From contig DATAEJ010000013.1 of the NCBI GenBank assembly GCA_036258095.1, forward strand, positions 20,554 through 84,553: a DNA stretch of 64,000 nucleotides, in the 5' to 3' direction. Shown here piece by piece: positions 58,542 through 64,000 of the stretch; positions within the stretch are counted from its first letter, which is position 1; every line of letters begins with the position of its first letter. The notes beneath the pieces were generated by a model. The model was not told where the DNA came from. It searched no databases and saw only the letters and a list, made by a program, of their open reading frames with translations. The position numbers and the translations under genes were made by a program. The DNA is from Candidatus Angelobacter sp. (GTDB lineage: Bacteria > Acidobacteriota > Terriglobia > Terriglobales > Acidobacteriaceae).

Positions 58542-60209
58542 TCAGGCAGGAAACGCGCGATCAAGTACACCCTGAAAGTTGCCGGCGGAAAGCGTGCCGA
58601 AAGTCTGCCCGTGCCCACCGCAGATTCGCGAGACAACGAACATCTCGGCATTCTCAGGTTTGGCATGGCGGACCATCAATACGGCTTGAGTCGCCAAGGC
58701 GAGCCTTTCGGTCAATTGACGGGCACTTGCTTCAATCTCCACCCCATTCGCCTGCTGCTTGCATACCCGAAGCAGCTGGCTCTCGGTCTCATCCAGAAAC
58801 GCATCAAGAGGCTTGCTGGATCCACGGACGGACGCGAATTCTGCTTTTAGAGCCTCAATGCTTTCCGGTTCGCGGCTCAGGGCCCGGAGAACGTCGAGGC
58901 ATATTACGTTTCCGGAGCCTTCCCAAATGCCATAGAGCGGGGCCTCGCGGTAAAGCCGCGGCAAGCCCGACTCCTCGACATAGCCATTCCCGCCTAAACA
59001 TTCAAGTGCTTCACCAACAACGATCGGTACACGCTTGCATAACCAGAACTTAGAAAACGCAGTCACGAGTCTGGCAAAACCACTCTCCTCAGTATTGTCG
59101 GCCTTGCGATCGAAGGCCTCAGCCAAACGCGTTACAAGCAAAGTCGCAGCTTCAGATTCGAGCGCCATGTCGGCCAAAACATTTCGCATCAGTGGATGAT
59201 CGATCAGCAACTTCCCGAAGGCGCTACGATGACGGCAATGATGCAGGGCTTGAACCAGTGCCTGCCTCATCAAGCCGGCGGCAGCAATGGCACAGTCCAG
59301 CCGGGTGTGGTTCACCATCTCGATAATGGTGGAGACGCCCCTGCCTTCTTCTCCTACGATGTGGGCCCATGCCTTCTGGAATTCCACCTCGCTCGAGGCA
59401 TTGGAACGGTTTCCCATCTTGTCCTTCAACCGCTGGATGAAGAACGCGTTCTTCCCGCCATCGGGAGCCCATCTGGGCAGGAGAAAACAGGAGAGCCCCT
59501 TGTCCGACTGGGCCAGGACGAGGAAGGCGTCGCACATGGGTGCAGAGCAGAACCACTTGTGACCTGTGATCAGATATTCTCTTGAGGCGCCGATGCGCTC
59601 AGCACGAGTAACGTTGGCGCGCACGTCCGATCCGCCCTGCTTTTCTGTCATTCCCATGCCTAGTAGTACCCCGTTCTTGCGATCAGGAGGGGCAAATGCT
59701 GGATCGTAGTTCGAGGAAACGATCTGGGGTCCCCACTGTTTTGCCAGTGCTGGTTCCGCTTGAAGCGCGGCCAAGCCTGAAAAAGTCATACTGACGGGGC
59801 AAGTGTGTCCCGCTTCATTCTGAACCGCAAGCATCATGAGAGTGGCCCGCGCCAGCTGTGCGCCCTTTCGTTTTTCCAGCCAGGGCAGGCTGTGCAAGCG
59901 GTGGCCAATCGAGGTGCGCATCAGCTCATGCCATGAAGGATGAAAAAGGACCTCGTCACGACGATCGCCATTGCGATCATACGTGTGAAGAACTGGAGGA
60001 TTCTCATTCGCCTCTACGCCCCAGCGCTGGGCTTCTTCAGTGCCCAATAACCTGCCGAATTCGGCAATGTCTTCATGTGCCCACGCAGCGTCTCCTCGCT
60101 GCACGGCCGCCACCAATGCAGCGTCCGTGACAAACAGGTTATAGCCAGTAAGGATTGGGGTCTGATTCGAGGTGCTTGAGGTGATCGAACTCTGGGCAGG
60201 CGAATTCAT
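58542..60209 (-). CDS. acyl-CoA dehydrogenase family protein (AidB-like)
   Basis: 555 aa. MTEKQGGSDV, GGNGYVEE, and an AidB-type N-terminal extension. Confidence 0.85.
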   Translation of the reverse strand: MNSPAQSSITSSTSNQTPILTGYNLFVTDAALVAAVQRGDAAWAHEDIAEFGRLLGTEEAQRWGVEANENPPVLHTYDRNGDRRDEVLFHPSWHELMRTSIGHRLHSLPWLEKRKGAQLARATLMMLAVQNEAGHTCPVSMTFSGLAALQAEPALAKQWGPQIVSSNYDPAFAPPDRKNGVLLGMGMTEKQGGSDVRANVTRAERIGASREYLITGHKWFCSAPMCDAFLVLAQSDKGLSCFLLPRWAPDGGKNAFFIQRLKDKMGNRSNASSEVEFQKAWAHIVGEEGRGVSTIIEMVNHTRLDCAIAAAGLMRQALVQALHHCRHRSAFGKLLIDHPLMRNVLADMALESEAATLLVTRLAEAFDRKADNTEESGFARLVTAFSKFWLCKRVPIVVGEALECLGGNGYVEESGLPRLYREAPLYGIWEGSGNVICLDVLRALSREPESIEALKAEFASVRGSSKPLDAFLDETESQLLRVCKQQANGVEIEASARQLTERLALATQAVLMVRHAKPENAEMFVVSRICGGHGQTFGTLSAGNFQGVLDRAFPA

Positions 60210-60344
60210 GCCCCAATTATCTGCTCACTGGCAACGGCGTACAACGGTGGTCACATTTCAGCTGTGAGGCTTTGAGGCGGTCATAGCCTTTTGAGTATTG
60301 TGCGATCTGCGAAGAAGAATTAACGTGCTCTAGATGGAGGAACT

Positions 60345-60776
60345 ATGACGAGGAAGTCATTTGCGACTGCCGTGATCGCTCTTGCTCTGAGCGTGCAGGT
60401 TGCATCCTTCGGGCAAGGTAAAGGAAACGGCAAGGGCAAGCATCAGCAACAGAAGGACAGCGGGCGCATCGTGTTCACCTTGCAGGACCAGGATGTTATC
60501 CGCGGGTACTATCATGATCGCTATTCAAACCTGCCTCCCGGACTGGCAAAGCGTGGCGGTAATCTCCCGCCGGGTCTTCAAAAGCACCTCGAGCGCGACG
60601 GCCAACTTCCTCCCGGATTGCAAAAGCGCGTTGAACCGTTCCCGGACGAACTGGAACGTCGACTGCCCCGTCTGCCGGACCAATATTCCCGTGTCACGCT
60701 GGGCGTGGACATCCTGATCCTGGACCGGCGCACACAGCGGATCATGGATATCGTGCGAGACGTGCTGCGGCCCTAG
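60345..60776 (+). CDS. secreted protein with LPPGLxK repeats
   Basis: Signal peptide, then three repeats: NLPPGLAKR, NLPPGLQKH, QLPPGLQKR. GGAGGA SD upstream. Confidence 0.7.
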   Translation: MTRKSFATAVIALALSVQVASFGQGKGNGKGKHQQQKDSGRIVFTLQDQDVIRGYYHDRYSNLPPGLAKRGGNLPPGLQKHLERDGQLPPGLQKRVEPFPDELERRLPRLPDQYSRVTLGVDILILDRRTQRIMDIVRDVLRP

Positions 60777-60782
60777 GCTCGC

Positions 60783-63482
60783 TTACTCATACCGCAGGGC
60801 AATCATGGGATCGATTTTTGCGGCGCGTCGTGCTGGAACAAAAGCTGCCAACAGAGCAACGGCGAGCAATATGAGCGCCACTGAGACATAGGTCAGGGCA
60901 TCGGTGGCGCTCACGTTGTACAGCAATGATCTGAGCCACCGCGTCATCAGAAATGCCATCACCGCGCCAGCCACAACCCCAATGGCGGCAGTCAGCAACG
61001 CTCGTTCCAGAACCAGTCGCACAACGCTCGATGAAGTTGCTCCAAGGGCCATGCGAACACCGATCTCACGCGTTCGGCGCGCGACGGAATACGCCAGAAC
61101 GCCGTATATACCAACGATCGCGAGCAGAAGAGCGGTGATTGAAAAGGCTGCCACGAGAGCCAGGTTGAACCTGCGGCTACTAAGCGATTCCGCGACCACC
61201 TCATCAAGTGTGCTCAGCTTAACTGGGGTATCGGGCTCCAGCTGGCGGATAATCCTGCGCGCGGCCTCAAGCACCGTTCCCGGCGCGACATTGCCATGAA
61301 CCACGATCCCGAATTTCTGGAGTCCACGCGAGCGCTGACGGTAATTGACGTAAATCGTGGGTCGGGGCGGAGCCTCAATACTCGCTTCACGAATATCGCC
61401 CACAACGCCCACAACTGTGAGCAGCCGAAGATCGCCATCCATGTTGCCGAACTCAATTGTGTGCCCGAGCGGATCATCCTTCGGCCACATCTGTCGCGCC
61501 AGCGACTCGCTGATCACGGCTGCGTGAGGAGAATCCGGGCCATCGCTCTCATTGAACAAACGCCCACGCTTCAGCGGGATTCCGAGCGCCTGGAAATAGC
61601 CATCACTCGCTTTTGCGTAGTCTGCGTCAGCGGTGTGTTCTTTGTCCTGAAATAACGGAATGAAGAAGTCAGTCAGGTCCTTCAAGTCGCTTTGGCTGAG
61701 CTCCTCAGTTCCGTTGGCGGCTGACCTGGCAATTAGCTGCCGAGACTTATCGGAGAGTTGTTGAGGATTGAGAACGGCAAAAACGCCATCAGAATAGCCG
61801 CCGTGTGTGAGTGGCAGGGTGTCAGAACCGCCCGCTGCCGTAACTCCGGGCAACGTCCTAAGCTCGCTCAAAAGCTGATCCAACAAAGCCACCCGGCGCT
61901 GCTGGTTGTCAGAGTTCGAGAGAGCAAGCTCCAGGGCGACGATATTGTCCGTTCTAAATCCAGGATCAACCGACAGGACGCGCAGCATACTGCGAGCCAG
62001 AAGTCCGGCGCCAATGAGCAGCAGCATGGTTACGGCGAGTTGACCGGCGACGACTAACCTGCCGGTACTTTCACTGAGACTGGCAGCTCCCTGGGACTTG
62101 CCGCCTTCAGCAAGCGCCCGCTGCGGGTCGGTGGAAGTGGCACGAATTGCGGTCAGCACGCCTAAAGCTACTGCAACGAGGATCGAGAGAGCGATTGCAA
62201 ATAGCAGGACGGGAAGGCTGAGTGAGACCTCTCGCAATCGAGGAATATTTTTCGGGGCCATCTGCAGGAGGACCGGAACGGCGGTGTAGGCCAGAAAGAC
62301 TCCGCCAATTGCGCCGCAGGCACAAAGTACAAAAGCTTCCGCGAGAAACTGACGGATTAGACGCGAGCGTGAGGCACCCAGAGCCGCGCGAACAGCTAAT
62401 TCATTGCTTCGTGCAGCTGCCTGGGCCAGCATGAGGTTGGTCACGTTTGCACACGCTACCAACAGCAGCAAGCCGGCAACAGCCATGAGAACGAGCAAGG
62501 CCGGACGCACATCGTTGGTCAGGGCTTGCCGCAGAGGCTCCATCTGGACGGAAGCCATGTCATTGTCCTGCGGGTTGGCAGCCTTTATTCTTCCGGCAAG
62601 CCCTGCAAGTTCTGCCTGCGCCCGGTTCAGAGAGCTACCGTCGTGAATCCTGCCGATCACCTTCCAGTTATGCGCTGTCCGGCTTGGGGTCTCCGGGTGC
62701 AGTTCGTTCGCGAGCCATATCTGGGTTTGGTCGGGAAAATAAAATCCTGCGGGAAGGACGCCAATCACCGGCGTCGATTGGTTTGAGACCTTAAGTAAAA
62801 GCGAGCTCAGATCGTGGCGTCCGCCCAGCATCTGTTGCCAATAGGCGTAGCTCACCAGTGCCGCGGGGCTTCCGTTCACCTTTTGCTCTTCTGGCGCAAA
62901 TTCGCGACCGATTATCGGATGAATTCCCATGACGTCAAAAAAGTCGCGGGAGACGTATGCGGTGCCGATCCGTTGAGCCTCGTTGTTGAACGTTACAGGA
63001 TCCACACTCGACCAAAATTTGAACACGCCGGCAAGGGACGCGTTCTGGGATCGCAGGTCATTGAAATTCAAATCAGAGAACGACACCCGGTTTCCTTTGG
63101 GATTTACTTCCCAGAGTCGAACGAGTTTGTCCGCATTGCGATACGGCAGGGGACGCAGCAATACGCCATAAACCACGCTGAAAATTGCTGTGGCTGCGCC
63201 GATTCCGAGCGTGAGCGTAGCGATGGAGACGACGGCAAAGACCGGATTGCGGCGCATCAATCGAAAGGCAAAGCGCAAATCCTGATGCAGCCGCTCCCAC
63301 CAGGCCCAACTGTCCATTTCGCGAGCAACTTCCCTGATCTGCGCTTCGTTGCCCAGTTCGCGAAGGGCTGCCGCGGAGGCGTCGGCTGGGCTCTGGCCGC
63401 GGTCAACACGGTCCTGCGCAGCCATTTGCAAGTGACTTTCCAGTTCCTGCTGGAGTTCCTTATCACGGTCGTCACGGTTCAT
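60783..63482 (-). CDS. duplicated FtsX/MacB-type ABC transporter permease (ADOP-like)
   Basis: 899 aa with two MacB-periplasmic plus FtsX 4-TM modules. 4-nt overlap with the upstream padR. Confidence 0.88.
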   Translation of the reverse strand: MNRDDRDKELQQELESHLQMAAQDRVDRGQSPADASAAALRELGNEAQIREVAREMDSWAWWERLHQDLRFAFRLMRRNPVFAVVSIATLTLGIGAATAIFSVVYGVLLRPLPYRNADKLVRLWEVNPKGNRVSFSDLNFNDLRSQNASLAGVFKFWSSVDPVTFNNEAQRIGTAYVSRDFFDVMGIHPIIGREFAPEEQKVNGSPAALVSYAYWQQMLGGRHDLSSLLLKVSNQSTPVIGVLPAGFYFPDQTQIWLANELHPETPSRTAHNWKVIGRIHDGSSLNRAQAELAGLAGRIKAANPQDNDMASVQMEPLRQALTNDVRPALLVLMAVAGLLLLVACANVTNLMLAQAAARSNELAVRAALGASRSRLIRQFLAEAFVLCACGAIGGVFLAYTAVPVLLQMAPKNIPRLREVSLSLPVLLFAIALSILVAVALGVLTAIRATSTDPQRALAEGGKSQGAASLSESTGRLVVAGQLAVTMLLLIGAGLLARSMLRVLSVDPGFRTDNIVALELALSNSDNQQRRVALLDQLLSELRTLPGVTAAGGSDTLPLTHGGYSDGVFAVLNPQQLSDKSRQLIARSAANGTEELSQSDLKDLTDFFIPLFQDKEHTADADYAKASDGYFQALGIPLKRGRLFNESDGPDSPHAAVISESLARQMWPKDDPLGHTIEFGNMDGDLRLLTVVGVVGDIREASIEAPPRPTIYVNYRQRSRGLQKFGIVVHGNVAPGTVLEAARRIIRQLEPDTPVKLSTLDEVVAESLSSRRFNLALVAAFSITALLLAIVGIYGVLAYSVARRTREIGVRMALGATSSSVVRLVLERALLTAAIGVVAGAVMAFLMTRWLRSLLYNVSATDALTYVSVALILLAVALLAAFVPARRAAKIDPMIALRYE

Positions 63483-63844
63483 GTCTCGCTCTCCTGTCCT
63501 TTGGGTTCAAGGATTCCCGCCATGGCTTGCAGGAGGCGTCCCCAACGTGAGCGCTCGGTGGTCAGCCGTTTTTTGCCAGCGGCAGTGAGCCGGTAAATCT
63601 TCACGCGCTGCCTGTTTTCAGAAAGCTTCCATTCCGAATCGATCCACTTCTGCTTTTCCAGCCGGTGCAGTGCCGGATAAAGAGAACCAGTTTCGACGTC
63701 CAGTACATCCCCGGACCTGGAGCGGATAGACTGGCTGATCCCGTACCCGTGGTGCGGTCCCCAGCGAAGCGTTTCGAGGATCAGCAAATCCAGGGTTCCC
63801 TGCAACAGTTCGATCCGGTTCTGGTACGGTTCCTTCTTCGGCAT
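63479..63844 (-). CDS. PadR family transcriptional regulator
   Basis: LLQGTLDLLILETLRWGPHHGYGISQSI winged-helix motif. Confidence 0.9.
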   Translation of the reverse strand: MPKKEPYQNRIELLQGTLDLLILETLRWGPHHGYGISQSIRSRSGDVLDVETGSLYPALHRLEKQKWIDSEWKLSENRQRVKIYRLTAAGKKRLTTERSRWGRLLQAMAGILEPKGQESET

Positions 63845-63880
63845 GTAGATATCCTACATCCATGGCTGTAGGATATCTAC
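63845..63880. promoter_or_regulatory. candidate PadR operator (14-bp perfect inverted repeat)
   Basis: GTAGATATCCTACA (63845..63858), an 8-nt spacer, then TGTAGGATATCTAC (63867..63880). It abuts the padR start codon. Confidence 0.55.
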
Positions 63881-63948
63881 GTCCCGCTTCCGGAAATGGT
63901 TCCATCAAAATTTGTGGCTGTTTTAAGGTGAGGAGTAGACTGGCTGCC

Positions 63949-64000
63949 ATGAAAAAGCTGATCACGGTTGTCACCGCATTGTTGTTCAGCGCTTCCCTGG
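63949..64000 (+). CDS. start of a secreted protein (truncated by the window end)
   Basis: ATG 63949, then MKKLITVVTALLFSASL, which is signal-peptide-like. GGTGAGGAG lies upstream. Confidence 0.4.
   Translation, partial: MKKLITVVTALLFSASL

Overview
This window looks like ordinary chromosomal, housekeeping DNA. It is probably from an Acidobacteriota (Terriglobia-like) genome; that is an inference from the PadR plus duplicated-FtsX (ADOP-type) permease pair, the BNR-propeller proteins and the overall gene content. I saw no rRNA, tRNA, CRISPR array, transposase, integrase, prophage gene or recognisable defence gene.

Gene content in order:
- A reverse-strand pdxS-pdxT-coxB-coxA-(coxC) string.
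- miaB, truB and a rhomboid protease.
- A TetR-regulated secreted aspartyl-protease fusion.
- A leucine-type dehydrogenase and a large BNR/Asp-box propeller protein.
- A complete pentose-phosphate/glucose operon: tkt-rpiB-tal/pgi-gnd-zwf-glk-pgl.
- Two OmpR-type two-component systems.
- A cold-shock gene.
- A small-peptide / 7TM / HAMP-PP2C membrane signalling cluster.
- A full phosphate block: phoB-phoR-pstSCAB-phoU-sixA, then ppx-CHAD.
- A fluoride riboswitch with crcB-DUF190.
- bshB1, a phosphoesterase lipoprotein, an AidB-like acyl-CoA dehydrogenase, and a PadR/ADOP permease pair.

I found no convincing new protein-based system. The most unusual signals are at the RNA/DNA level:
1. Three tandem, same-orientation copies of an 81-nt structured element. 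They show a compensatory base change and strand-specific G-U pairs, and each follows a TATATTT box (20.59-21.00 kb).
2. Two other ORF-free stretches of about 0.6 kb (32.5-33.1 kb and 36.3-36.9 kb).
3. A strong + strand intrinsic terminator with no gene in front of it (58.49-58.53 kb).
4. Duplicated triple TTAACA-type Pho boxes in front of pstS and pstC.

All functional calls come from motif reading of the supplied translations and my own manual inspection of the DNA. No database search was run.
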